A stretch of 64,000 nucleotides of DNA from a phage, in the sequence record PZ534515.1; one strand, 5' to 3'. Below are positions 1 through 9,652 of the stretch, piece after piece; within the stretch, counting starts at the first letter, position 1, and every line of letters begins with the position of its first letter. Below the pieces are notes generated by a model, which did not search any database, was not told the DNA's origin, and saw only the letters and a program-made list of their open reading frames with translations. A program made the position numbers and the translations under genes.

Positions 1-2
1 GT

Positions 3-941
3 TTAGGTGAGATTACAACTATTGCAGCACCATCTTCAGTAGGTAAGTCAGCTTACACTCGTGAGATGATTTATTCCGCTTGGAAAGAAACTGATTATAA
101 TATCGGTGTAATCCCTGTAGAAGATACCTATGAAGAGTTGATGGAGATGCTATGTGCAATCCACCTGAGCAAACAGATTTCTGAGATTCCTTATGATGAA
201 CGGGATTGGGATGAATTAAAAGGAGCACACGCAGAACTGTCTAAAGGTCGTCGTATCCATATCGTTGACCATCAAGGGGCAATTGACCAAGATAACCTGC
301 TAGAGTTTGTTGACTACCTTGTTAACAGCTTAGACTGTAAGATTATTATTCTTGACCCTATTACATTGGCTCTGTCACGTTCTGATACGGATGAAGAGGA
401 AGTCTTGTCTGAGCTATTGCGTCGTTGCAAACGCTACCAGTATGCACAGGTAAACGTATGTCACGTTCGTAAGAGTGCAGGTGGTCAGAAAGCCAACTCT
501 GAAGGTGGAGACATCTCTGAAGAGGATATCAAAGGTTCTGGTGCGTATTTCCAGATTTCTATGAATAACATCCTGTTAATGCGTAACAAGGTTGACCCAG
601 ACCCTGTTAAGAAAAACTTGACAAAAATCAAGTTAACTAAGTGTCGTCGTCATGGTAAGTCAACAGGTATTGCTGGTCATACTTGGTACAATCCAGATAC
701 AGGACGTCTTATCAAAGCTTCTGGATGTGGTGTTGATATTGATGGTGCAGCAGAAAATATTCGCCAGCAGTTTGGTATTGGTGAAGCTGAAGACCATTAT
801 GATGACTCTTTACCTCATTATGAGGATGAAGTGTTTGACCGTGAGACTGGTGAAGTCTATACTGAAGAACAGCGTCAAAGTTCAACGATTCCACCTGTAT
901 TAAGTGAGGATGCAGATGACTGCCCGTTCGAAACTGAGTGA
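3..941 (+). CDS. DnaB-like replicative helicase, C-terminal part (5' end lies outside the window)
   Basis: Reading frame is open from the window edge. Walker A-like AAPSSVGKS is at the start of the visible part, followed by a Walker B-like hydrophobic stretch KIIILDPITLA. Sits at the head of a replication gene block. Confidence 0.55.
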   Translation, partial: LGEITTIAAPSSVGKSAYTREMIYSAWKETDYNIGVIPVEDTYEELMEMLCAIHLSKQISEIPYDERDWDELKGAHAELSKGRRIHIVDHQGAIDQDNLLEFVDYLVNSLDCKIIILDPITLALSRSDTDEEEVLSELLRRCKRYQYAQVNVCHVRKSAGGQKANSEGGDISEEDIKGSGAYFQISMNNILLMRNKVDPDPVKKNLTKIKLTKCRRHGKSTGIAGHTWYNPDTGRLIKASGCGVDIDGAAENIRQQFGIGEAEDHYDDSLPHYEDEVFDRETGEVYTEEQRQSSTIPPVLSEDADDCPFETE

Positions 942-1193
942 TAGTTATAAAAGAGAGGGGTTCATACCCTTCTTTGAAGAAAAAAGTTTAAATAAATTTC
1001 AGGAAGAGTGTTTGACAAAGGTTGATAGGTTCTATAGAATGCTCTACATGAAATGTGATGGAGGTGTTGAGGTAGAAGAAAAGTTCCATCACAGCATTAT
1101 CACAGTCACTATTACTATACCTCAACATAATATTGGTTGGCTGTTTGTAATAAAAGAAAATGTGTTTGAATATCAAGTATATCGGAGAATATC

Positions 1194-1343
1194 ATGAAAC
1201 ACTCTAAAGCATTTGAAAAAGTTTTTGGGGATTCCTTAAAAGCCACTGCTGGCAAACCAGCAAAATACTATGAAGAGAAACGTGTAAGAACTGGAAAAAC
1301 TGCACGTAAAGCAGCTTCTAAAGATAAGCACAACTTCCAGTAA
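1194..1343 (+). CDS. small basic hypothetical protein (49 aa)
   Basis: ATG is preceded by GGAG at about 7 nt. Lys-rich product. Too short for the supplied ORF track. Confidence 0.3.
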   Translation: MKHSKAFEKVFGDSLKATAGKPAKYYEEKRVRTGKTARKAASKDKHNFQ

Positions 1344-1350
1344 TTAATAT

Positions 1351-1379
1351 TTGACAATAGAGTATCAACAAACTAGAAT
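1351..1379 (+). promoter_or_regulatory. sigma70-like promoter (TTGACA-17 bp-TAGAAT)
   Basis: Hexamers with 17 bp spacing read directly; located upstream of the SSB-like gene. Confidence 0.5.
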
Positions 1380-1415
1380 TGGTACTCTTCATAAATTGAG
1401 ATAGAGGTTTAAATA

Positions 1416-2273
1416 ATGTCTAAAGTTGTTAAAATGAAAGCTCCGGTAGAGAAGTACAACGGTACTGAACGTCAAACTCTGCGTTACCTGCTGAAAGATG
1501 TTTGGTTTTATTACCTGAACACTTCACCACGTCCGGGAAAAGGTAAATCCATTGATAAGAAATTCCCAGGCAAAGACTGCAACTACAGTGTTTCAATTCT
1601 GGCAGAAGATGGTAACAAACTGTTTAAAGAGTTCACTAAGTCTAAGAAAAACCCAGAAGGTTGGGATAAAGTTACTACTGAAGCAGTTGATGCAGATGAC
1701 TTCGAAGAGAAGTTTGGTTGCAAACCACCATTTGAAGCAGACACTTACTACATCCTGAAAGTAAGTCGTGCAGCAGCTTATAAGGATGGTGCTGTGTGGA
1801 CAGCTAAACAGTCATTCCCTGTAATGCTGATTGAAGAAGTAAACGGTAAGCGTGTAGCTGTTAAACAGCCGATGAAGAAAATCAAAGCTCAAGCATCTGA
1901 TAAACATGAAGATGACAAGAACTATGATGTAATTCATCCAGATATTGCAGTCGGTAACGGTTCTTTCGGTAGTGTGATTCTTTCTACTCACTTCTACACT
2001 TTTGAGAACAATGTTCTGACAAAACCTATTCAGGAACAGTTTATCATTGATACCCTTGTACCTTACACTGGTGGTAACGGTGCTAACGGTGAACCTGAAC
2101 TGGATGAAGACGAACTGGCTATGCTTGGTCTTGATGGTGTTGAAGATAACGGTGAAATCACTGAAGAAGACGCAACAGACCACAAACCTTCTAATGCTTC
2201 TGATGATGGCGACGATGAAGACTTGCCAGACCCAGATGATGAAGAAGATGAAGACTTCGATACAGAAGACTAA
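1416..2273 (+). CDS. ssDNA-binding protein-like (acidic C-terminal tail)
   Basis: Highly acidic C-terminus (DDEEDEDFDTED), typical of phage SSB tails. Position is between helicase and exonuclease. Assigned by composition and context only. Confidence 0.45.
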   Translation: MSKVVKMKAPVEKYNGTERQTLRYLLKDVWFYYLNTSPRPGKGKSIDKKFPGKDCNYSVSILAEDGNKLFKEFTKSKKNPEGWDKVTTEAVDADDFEEKFGCKPPFEADTYYILKVSRAAAYKDGAVWTAKQSFPVMLIEEVNGKRVAVKQPMKKIKAQASDKHEDDKNYDVIHPDIAVGNGSFGSVILSTHFYTFENNVLTKPIQEQFIIDTLVPYTGGNGANGEPELDEDELAMLGLDGVEDNGEITEEDATDHKPSNASDDGDDEDLPDPDDEEDEDFDTED

Positions 2274-2292
2274 TCTCTAAAAGTTACTTTAA

Positions 2293-2319
2293 AGCCCTGT
2301 ACTTAGTATGGGGCTTTTT
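2293..2319 (+). terminator. rho-independent terminator
   Basis: Hairpin agccc-loop-gggct followed by TTTTT. Confidence 0.55.
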
Positions 2320-2335
2320 CATATGGAGAGTCACA

Positions 2336-3376
2336 ATGGAGAAGTATACACTAACAAAACTTCCCGATTCAGTTACACATGTCTTTATTGACTCTGACAG
2401 TATTGCCTATAAAGGTGCTTGTGTAGTTGAGAAAGCAAAATATAAATATGTCAATAAACTCACAGCAGAAGAGTCTGAACCATTTGATAATGCAAAAGAT
2501 GCTGCAAGATGGTTAGCAGACCAGAGAATCCTTGTAGAAGAGCTTGGCCTAACATTTGATGAAGATGAATGGGAAAGACAGACTTGGAAAGAAGCTAAGA
2601 GTGAAAAAGAAGCTATCATGGCTACTCAGCAGGTTCTTCAGGAATGGCTTAAGGTTGTTGGTAAAGAAAGAACTTGGGTAGGTTATTTAACAGAGAAGGG
2701 TGTACATAAACATAAAGATATTAAAGGTCTTGAGCACCAATATCAAGGTAACCGTAAAGATGCTGTCACACCAACACACTTAGTCGCTTGTCGTGAATAT
2801 CTTTTATCCAGACCAGAGTTCAAACTCTTAAAGGGTGGATTCGAAGCTGATTCAATCGTAATTGCTAAAGCTGAGAAGATGGGTAAAAAGGCTGCTCTTA
2901 TGAGTATTGACAAAGACCTTCGACAAGCTGAAGGGACTTATTGTATTGATATGACTTATGAAAAGTCACCACTAATTTTTATTGCTGACAATAATGTTGG
3001 TGATATCTGGGATTGCCCTATCAAATCAAAACCAAAAGCTGCAAAAACAGTTGGTGTAGGTTTTAAATTCTTGTGTTATCAGGCTGTTGCTGGAGATAAT
3101 GCAGACAACTACTTCGGCCTTAAAGGTGCTGGCAAAGTAGCTGTGATGAATGCTTTGGATGGTAAAGATACCTACAAAGAGTGTCTTGATGCTATCTATG
3201 AACTCTATGCTAAAAAAGAGTCTTACACCTATGTATCATGGGATGGACAGACTGTTACCAAAACGCCATTAGAGTTAATGGAACAGCATTTCTTCCTAGC
3301 TTATCAAGAGAGAAATCCAAAAGATAATTTCTCTTTTAAGAAATATAATTGGGAGCCATGTATGAATGAAGATTAA
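2336..3376 (+). CDS. FEN-family 5'-3' exonuclease / RNase H
   Basis: N-terminal VFIDSDSIAYKGA resembles the PIN/FEN metal-binding motif. GDNADNYFGLKGAGKVAVMNAL matches the H3TH motif of Pol I-type 5' nucleases. Confidence 0.65.
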   Translation: MEKYTLTKLPDSVTHVFIDSDSIAYKGACVVEKAKYKYVNKLTAEESEPFDNAKDAARWLADQRILVEELGLTFDEDEWERQTWKEAKSEKEAIMATQQVLQEWLKVVGKERTWVGYLTEKGVHKHKDIKGLEHQYQGNRKDAVTPTHLVACREYLLSRPEFKLLKGGFEADSIVIAKAEKMGKKAALMSIDKDLRQAEGTYCIDMTYEKSPLIFIADNNVGDIWDCPIKSKPKAAKTVGVGFKFLCYQAVAGDNADNYFGLKGAGKVAVMNALDGKDTYKECLDAIYELYAKKESYTYVSWDGQTVTKTPLELMEQHFFLAYQERNPKDNFSFKKYNWEPCMNED

Positions 3377-3863
3377 AGGATTTGGCAATTGTCCCACCTA
3401 TGGACATTGGGTATCTTTATGTGGGGAAGTTGACCCCACTAAACATTTTGGTTTTGTCTATTTAGTACACTGTAAGAAAACCGGACAATATTATATCGGA
3501 AAGAAACAGCTTAATAGCGTGACCAAAAGAAAAGTTGCTGGCAAGACTCGGAAGAAGGTAGTCACTAAGGAGAGTGATTGGATGACTTATGAGACTTCTT
3601 CTGAGTATATTAAAAAAGATATCGAGAGCTTTGGAAAGGAATTTTTTGACTTTTACATTATCCAAACCTACTACACGAAAGGTGGCCTAGTTTATGGTGA
3701 AGCAAACCTCCAACATAAATTCGATGTAATGACAAAAAGGATTGACTCTAAGCTCAGACTCTTCTACAATGCCAATATTGCAGCAATTAAGTTTATTACT
3801 AAAGAAACTTATGAAGATGCTGAAAAAAGAATCCATAAGGTAATGAAAGCAAACTGTGCTTGA
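3366..3863 (+). CDS. GIY-YIG domain nuclease
   Basis: FVYLVHCKKTGQYYIGKK fits the GIY-(10-11 aa)-YIG signature. Confidence 0.5.
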   Translation: MKIKGFGNCPTYGHWVSLCGEVDPTKHFGFVYLVHCKKTGQYYIGKKQLNSVTKRKVAGKTRKKVVTKESDWMTYETSSEYIKKDIESFGKEFFDFYIIQTYYTKGGLVYGEANLQHKFDVMTKRIDSKLRLFYNANIAAIKFITKETYEDAEKRIHKVMKANCA

Positions 3864-3884
3864 TAACTGTTGAGAGAGAATAAA

Positions 3885-4133
3885 ATGTTTAACAAAAGTA
3901 AAGCTGTGAGTCATGTAGCAAAAGTTGACAGCAAGATTGAAGAACTTGAGCGCATTCTTGCAAATGCCAGAGAGTCAATAATTAAAGAAGTTGAAGCTGT
4001 TGAATCTCAAATGCAGCACCTAATGCTTAAACGTCAAGAGCTACGTGAGCATCTAGAATATATTGAAACGCGAGAGCTAAAGGTTAACAAATATTTTAAG
4101 GAGTCCGAATGTTTAACTCAAGAGAATCAGTAA
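3885..4133 (+). CDS. hypothetical protein (coiled-coil)
   Basis: ATG preceded by GAGAGAG. The track start at 3870 is a TTG. Confidence 0.45.
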   Translation: MFNKSKAVSHVAKVDSKIEELERILANARESIIKEVEAVESQMQHLMLKRQELREHLEYIETRELKVNKYFKESECLTQENQ

Positions 4134-4864
4134 AAAACTGGAACCTTCGTTGTGGGAACACTCAAAAGCAACCTTACAGTGACGAGTATTGGGAATCTTT
4201 AAAGTCTCAATCTCTATGTATGCTTGAAGAAGCAAAAGAGCTTGTGAAAGCAATTGAAGAGAAAGACCCCATTGAGACACTCGATGCTCAGGCAGATTTG
4301 CAATATGTTCTTGACGGTTTGATTTACCTGTCACAACATGACCATAACGGTGCTATGAAAGCTGTTTGCCATAATAATGACCTGAAGTACACAGATGACT
4401 ATGAAGAAGCTTTAAAACGTCTTGCAGATATTGAGAAGCGTACTGGTCAAGAGTGTATTATTCGAATGTCAGTGGTTGATGGTAAAGAGTGGTATGCGAT
4501 TGTCCGTGCAGCCGATGGGAAGATTATGAAGCAATCAAATCTCCCTAAAGTACAGCTTGGTGAATACATTGTAGAGCTTGAAAGCCAAGAACTTTTTGTG
4601 GTAGTATCTGAGACATGCGTTATCTGCAAAGGTATTGTAGGTAGCTTAAAGGATTTGGGTGTAGATGGTTTTGTAGAAGTTAATCCAATTACCTCTAAAG
4701 CAGATAAAGATTTCTGTAAAGAGAATGGACTATGGATTGCAGATATTGTCTACTATGATGGTGAGCAGTTCCATGTAACCTCATACCCGAAACTGAATTA
4801 TGATGCTAATAACCTGAAGTGCTGGTTAAAAGGGGTTGGTTATAATGGATTCACAGAACATTAA
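4109..4864 (+). CDS. hypothetical protein with MazG-like all-alpha NTP pyrophosphohydrolase motif
   Basis: LEEAKELVKAIEEKDPIETLDAQADLQYVLDGLIYL resembles the MazG/HisE E-x-x-E ... D-x-L pattern. AAGGAG sits 5 nt upstream of the ATG. Confidence 0.4.
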   Translation: MFNSRESVKNWNLRCGNTQKQPYSDEYWESLKSQSLCMLEEAKELVKAIEEKDPIETLDAQADLQYVLDGLIYLSQHDHNGAMKAVCHNNDLKYTDDYEEALKRLADIEKRTGQECIIRMSVVDGKEWYAIVRAADGKIMKQSNLPKVQLGEYIVELESQELFVVVSETCVICKGIVGSLKDLGVDGFVEVNPITSKADKDFCKENGLWIADIVYYDGEQFHVTSYPKLNYDANNLKCWLKGVGYNGFTEH

Positions 4865-5168
4865 TAAAGAGGTTGTGGCTCAGAAGAGCCACTTCTCAAA
4901 CTACAATATTTCTATGACGGTGTTTATGAATGACCCGTTACTTGAGAAGTATGGTGAGACTCCAGATACACTTCTGGATAATGAACAAGTTTTAAAAGCA
5001 GTCCTGTACAAATATGGGATTGATATTGAGAAAGAATATTCCTTTGAAATCTGCCTACACAGAAATACTTTTGGTAAAGTTGTAATGGCTCCACTCTTCA
5101 TGGGTGTAGAAAGAACTGACTATGGTTGGTTATATCTAAAAAGAAACTTGGAGAAATACCGTGTCTAA
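4845..5168 (+). CDS. hypothetical protein
   Basis: In-frame ATG in the track ORF (track start is TTG). Confidence 0.4.
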   Translation: MDSQNINKEVVAQKSHFSNYNISMTVFMNDPLLEKYGETPDTLLDNEQVLKAVLYKYGIDIEKEYSFEICLHRNTFGKVVMAPLFMGVERTDYGWLYLKRNLEKYRV

Positions 5169-5499
5169 AGCAAAAAAGTTATCTTATGATGACATTATCT
5201 CAGGTGCTAAGTTAGGTGTTGACAGTATCGGACAAGATGTTAAGCACGGAGACACAGTTATGTACTGTGATGACCGAAGAGGTAGAAGTGCAATCTTGTT
5301 TGGAAGAGTTGTTTGCAAAATGCGAGGCAATTACGTTGTTGCAGACATGGATGTGAATGTCACACAAAAACTTGAAACAATTATGGATAATAATACATCA
5401 TCATGGTTCTCCCTGAATTGTATGCACACATCTTCAGTCACAAAGGTAAGTGATAAGTTTTACGATATGTGGCAGAATGAGCAAATTTTCAAGATTTAA
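5161..5499 (+). CDS. hypothetical protein
   Basis: GTG start with GGAG 7 nt upstream; followed by a terminator. Confidence 0.4.
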   Translation: MSKAKKLSYDDIISGAKLGVDSIGQDVKHGDTVMYCDDRRGRSAILFGRVVCKMRGNYVVADMDVNVTQKLETIMDNNTSSWFSLNCMHTSSVTKVSDKFYDMWQNEQIFKI

Positions 5500-5504
5500 A
5501 CTAG

Positions 5505-5528
5505 GGAGCCTCTTCGGAGGCTCTTTTC
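5505..5528 (+). terminator. rho-independent terminator
   Basis: gagcctc-ttcg-gaggctc hairpin followed by TTTTC. Confidence 0.55.
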
Positions 5529-5545
5529 ATCTGTAGGATTTAAAA

Positions 5546-7780
5546 ATGATTAAGACAATTAAAAAATCAAACGGTACAGTAGTAAACTTTGACCCAGAAA
5601 GACTGAATAAGTGGGCATCATGGGCAGATAAGCGTGGAATTATCTGGTCAGAAGTCACTATGGAAGCCATGAAACGTGTCTACGAGGGTTGCACTACAAA
5701 AGAGATGCACCAAGCCATGATTGATGTTTGTGTTGATAAACAAACTCAAGAGTACTCAGACATGGCTGGACGGCTACTTCTGGGGATTATCTACAAAGAA
5801 GCCTTTGGAGGCTTTACTAAGGTTCCTACGCTGGTTACCTTCGTTAAAAATATGGAGAGAGCAGGACTTTGGGAGAAGATGGACTATTCTCAGGAAGAGC
5901 TTGAATATCTGCAAGGGTACATTGTGCACTCAAAAGATATCTCTTACGGTTATGCAGTTTTGAAACAGTTCAGAGACAAGTATGGTATCCGTGATATTAA
6001 AACGGGAAGACTTTTTGAGTCACCACAATTTATGTTTATGGGTATGGCTATGAAAGCCTTTGAGAAGCAACCAAAGCACCGTAGACTGCAAGATGTTATC
6101 AAGCTGTACACTTACCTATCTGACCTGAAGATTAATGCTCCTACGCCTTATCTGAATGGTTTAAGAGCTACTAAATCAGGTTATGCGTCATGCTGTTTGA
6201 TTAAGGCAAATGATACCGCTGAGTCTCTAGGTATTGCTGCAAAGGTTGCCTATGACATGACCACAAAGCAAGCTGGTATTGGTATGCTGATGGAGACTCG
6301 CACTATTGGTGATGGTATCCGTCAAAACACTATTGAGCACATGGGTAAACTGCCTTATTACAAGCTTGTACGCTCATCTGTAGAGGCAAACAAACAGAAG
6401 AGTCGTGGTGGTTCAGCTAACAACTTCTACACTGCTCTAGACCCGCAGATTGAAGATTTACTGCGTTTGAAGCATCCTACAACGGTTCCTTCTAAACGTA
6501 TTAACGAGATGGACTACTCATTTGGTACAAATGATTACTTCTGGCAGTGTGTTCAATATGATACAGACTGGTTGCTATTCTCTTACAAGGATGCACCAAA
6601 GCTCTATGACATGTTCTACACAGCATCTGCTGATGAGTTTGCTATGGCAGTTGGTCATGCAGTGCATTCAGGTGTCAAACACAGACGTGTGAAGGCTCGT
6701 GAAATTGCTAAACTGTTTATCCAGCAGCGTTATGCAACAGGCCGTGTGTATCCATTCTTCACAAATAATGCAAACACACATACACCATTTAAAGAGCCTT
6801 TGAAGATGTCAAATCTTTGTATGGAAATTGTGTTGCCAGTGTACGGCTTTGAGAAAGAGACAGACCTTTACAGAGATGACGCTGTGAAAGAGGATGGTGA
6901 GGTAGCTCTTTGCTTCCTAGCTAGTTTGGTTGCAGGGAGAATTTCAGAAGATGAATACGCTGACGTTGCTTATTATGCTCTTGCAATGGTTGACTCCGTT
7001 ATTGACCTTATGGATTATCCGTATCCGTCGATGCGTAACCATGTTCAGAAGCGTCGTTCTGTTGGGATTGGCCTTACAAATGTGGCTCATTACCTTGCGA
7101 AAAACTACGTGAACTATTCTTCAAGAGCAGGTAAGACAAAGCTCCATGAGCTTGCTGAAATGCACTCTTACTACTTACATGAAGCCTCTTTAAGACTTGC
7201 TAAAGAACGTGGTGTGCCTGAGTATATGCAGTTCACTAAGTATCCTGAAGGTTGGGTTCCTCCGAAGACAGCTAACAGGAAGATTGATGAGAAGCATGAT
7301 GCAAAACTTCGTTATGATTGGGATGACTTAGCACAACGTATTAAAGAAAATGGTGGAATCCGTAACTCTGTATTAGAAGCTTACATGCCTAATGAGAGTT
7401 CTTCACTGGCAACTAATACGACAAATGGCTTGTACCCAATTCGTGACTTTATTTTAACTAAAAAGTCTGCAACTGGTAACGTGCTGTTTATTGTTCCAGA
7501 TTACGAAGAGTTGAAGTATGTCTATGAAATTGCTTGGGATATTGACACCTTTGACCTGATTGATTGTTATGCAATTGTTCAAAAGTTCACTGGTCAAGCT
7601 ATCTCTTCAGATTTCTATGTTGACTATGCAAAGTCTAAGAAGGTATCATTGGCTCAAGCTTTGAAGTACATGATTTATGCCAACTCAGTAGGTATGAAAA
7701 CCATGTACTACCTTAACAGTCGCATTGGTGTAGGTAAATCTGCACTGCAAGATGCTTATTGCGAGGGTTGTGGTGTTTAG
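5546..7780 (+). CDS. nrdA: ribonucleoside-diphosphate reductase large subunit (class Ia)
   Basis: 744 aa. N-terminal ATP-cone-like region, the NLCMEIVLP active-site motif and the C-terminal CEGCGV tail. Confidence 0.9.
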   Translation: MIKTIKKSNGTVVNFDPERLNKWASWADKRGIIWSEVTMEAMKRVYEGCTTKEMHQAMIDVCVDKQTQEYSDMAGRLLLGIIYKEAFGGFTKVPTLVTFVKNMERAGLWEKMDYSQEELEYLQGYIVHSKDISYGYAVLKQFRDKYGIRDIKTGRLFESPQFMFMGMAMKAFEKQPKHRRLQDVIKLYTYLSDLKINAPTPYLNGLRATKSGYASCCLIKANDTAESLGIAAKVAYDMTTKQAGIGMLMETRTIGDGIRQNTIEHMGKLPYYKLVRSSVEANKQKSRGGSANNFYTALDPQIEDLLRLKHPTTVPSKRINEMDYSFGTNDYFWQCVQYDTDWLLFSYKDAPKLYDMFYTASADEFAMAVGHAVHSGVKHRRVKAREIAKLFIQQRYATGRVYPFFTNNANTHTPFKEPLKMSNLCMEIVLPVYGFEKETDLYRDDAVKEDGEVALCFLASLVAGRISEDEYADVAYYALAMVDSVIDLMDYPYPSMRNHVQKRRSVGIGLTNVAHYLAKNYVNYSSRAGKTKLHELAEMHSYYLHEASLRLAKERGVPEYMQFTKYPEGWVPPKTANRKIDEKHDAKLRYDWDDLAQRIKENGGIRNSVLEAYMPNESSSLATNTTNGLYPIRDFILTKKSATGNVLFIVPDYEELKYVYEIAWDIDTFDLIDCYAIVQKFTGQAISSDFYVDYAKSKKVSLAQALKYMIYANSVGMKTMYYLNSRIGVGKSALQDAYCEGCGV

Positions 7781-7835
7781 TTTTAATAACTACGAGGGTC
7801 GTAAAAGACCCTCTAAAATTAACTTTGGAGAAACT

Positions 7836-8093
7836 ATGAAAGATTTAATAGCAAATCATGAGTGGCCCATATATTTGCTCCATAAACCTCGGAAAACGCT
7901 GTACTATGTGAGTAGCACAGATATGATGATAAAACAAAATGATGACTCATGGGTCGCTGGTGTCTCTTACATCTCTACAGCAGATGGTAAAATCTATGCA
8001 AGACCTTATGACATGTTTAACAAAGAAAATTGGGAAGTTTTAGACAGAAAACAAGCCTTAGAGATGATAAAGAAAGGAGAAATCACACTATGA
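7836..8093 (+). CDS. hypothetical protein
   Basis: In-frame ATG with GGAG upstream; lies between nrdA and nrdB. Confidence 0.4.
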   Translation: MKDLIANHEWPIYLLHKPRKTLYYVSSTDMMIKQNDDSWVAGVSYISTADGKIYARPYDMFNKENWEVLDRKQALEMIKKGEITL

Positions 8094-9163
8094 TTAACCA
8101 ACACCCAATCTTTTTAGGTGGTGAGAGAAAAACATTTGACTCACTTAATAAGCACTACCCAAAAATCTTTGAGCTATATAAACAACAAAAAGCACAAGAC
8201 TGGTCAGAAGATGAGTTCCCTTTTGAACAATCACGTCTTGATTTTGAGAGTGTACCAGCATCAATGTCAGGTGTAATGCTTGAGATTCTTAAGTGGCAAT
8301 GGGAAGCAGATACCCAAGTTGCTAAGAGTTTAGCATTCGCCTTTGCACCATTTATCTCTGATGACATTTATGCAACTGCAATTATGAAGCAGTCTGAGAT
8401 TGAAAACCTACATGCTCTTACTTACTCAGAGATTGTAAGGCAATGTATTAAAAATCCTGAAACAATCTTAGATGAGATTAACCAGAACATTGCTGTACAA
8501 GACCGATTAAAAACTGTGAATCGTGTTCTTGAAGAATTACTAGATGAAGGCATAAACTATCGTCTGAGTTATGTCCGTGACTCGCTTCTGGACAAAGACC
8601 CTTTACACTTCCATAAAGTGATTCTAAAAGGTCTATTTGCAGTGACTGCACTTGAAGGTATTTCTTTTATGGCATCCTTTGCATGTACTTTTGCACTTGA
8701 TGCTCAAGATAAATTTCAAGGTATTGCTCAAGCTGTCCAGAAAATTATGCTTGACGAAATCCTTCACACTAAAATTGATATTGAAGTTTTAAAAGAAACT
8801 TTAAGAGATGATGAGTGGCAAAAAGCTTTCCAACAAATTCTTCCAGAGATTAAAGTAATCTTAGATGAAGTAGTTGAAAGCGAAGAGAAATGGTCGTATT
8901 ATATCTTCTCCGAAGGACGCGCTGTAGTTGGATTAAATACAAAGCTTCTTCATGAGTGGGTTTACTATAATGCTGCCCCACTGTATGATATGTTTGGCAT
9001 TCCCAGAGATTTTGTAGCTCCTAAAGAACCACCTTTGAAGTATATGATTAAGAAGATGGAAATTGATAAAGAGCAGAATGCTAATCAGGAGCAACAGAAC
9101 GGTGCGTACTTATTGAATACTGTTGTAGATGATTTGAATAGTGGATTTTTAGAGGTTCCTTAA
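8090..9163 (+). CDS. nrdB: ribonucleoside-diphosphate reductase small subunit
   Basis: Immediately downstream of nrdA. ATG preceded by AAAGGAG. Product of about 357 aa, typical NrdB size. Confidence 0.85.
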   Translation: MINQHPIFLGGERKTFDSLNKHYPKIFELYKQQKAQDWSEDEFPFEQSRLDFESVPASMSGVMLEILKWQWEADTQVAKSLAFAFAPFISDDIYATAIMKQSEIENLHALTYSEIVRQCIKNPETILDEINQNIAVQDRLKTVNRVLEELLDEGINYRLSYVRDSLLDKDPLHFHKVILKGLFAVTALEGISFMASFACTFALDAQDKFQGIAQAVQKIMLDEILHTKIDIEVLKETLRDDEWQKAFQQILPEIKVILDEVVESEEKWSYYIFSEGRAVVGLNTKLLHEWVYYNAAPLYDMFGIPRDFVAPKEPPLKYMIKKMEIDKEQNANQEQQNGAYLLNTVVDDLNSGFLEVP

Positions 9164-9405
9164 TGACTTATGTAATTTACTCCAAAACTGGATGCCCTCA
9201 GTGTGAGACTGCAAAGAATTTTGCGAAAGCTCGTGGTATTGACCATGTTGTGAGAATGTTAGGGCAGGATTATGAACTGTCAGACCTGATGGATATTGCA
9301 CAGATGCCAGTTCGTCAGATGCCATTCATCATGAAGACTGACGGTCAAAACCTAAAACCTGTTGGAACGCTACAGAATTTTATGGCAGAGGTGAATAATG
9401 CTTAA
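9163..9405 (+). CDS. glutaredoxin-like protein (NrdH/Grx)
   Basis: 80 aa with a CPQC active-site motif, directly after nrdB. Confidence 0.75.
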   Translation: MTYVIYSKTGCPQCETAKNFAKARGIDHVVRMLGQDYELSDLMDIAQMPVRQMPFIMKTDGQNLKPVGTLQNFMAEVNNA

Positions 9406-9604
9406 ACGCCTTTGGGAAGGTTTGGTTGTTGATTCACCAGCTATTGTGATTGGTATGCTTGTTGTTAACCTATTTACTGATTTTGAACAAGGTTCGTTGT
9501 TCGGAGCCATGTTACTATGGGTTATCTTTGAAATATTAGAGATACAGTTAGGCATCACTGAAAAACTAAGAGAACTCTTTTCGAAGTTTTCTAAAAAGAT
9601 TTAA
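9398..9604 (+). CDS. small hydrophobic protein
   Basis: ATG with GAGGTGA upstream; hydrophobic core VVDSPAIVIGMLVVNLF. Confidence 0.4.
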   Translation: MLKRLWEGLVVDSPAIVIGMLVVNLFTDFEQGSLFGAMLLWVIFEILEIQLGITEKLRELFSKFSKKI

Positions 9605-9609
9605 AATGA

Positions 9610-9636
9610 AAGGGTCTCTTCGGAGACCTTTTTAGC
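9610..9636 (+). terminator. rho-independent terminator
   Basis: gggtctc-ttcg-gagacc hairpin followed by TTTTT. Confidence 0.6.
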
Positions 9637-9652
9637 ATGTAAAGGGGCAATA

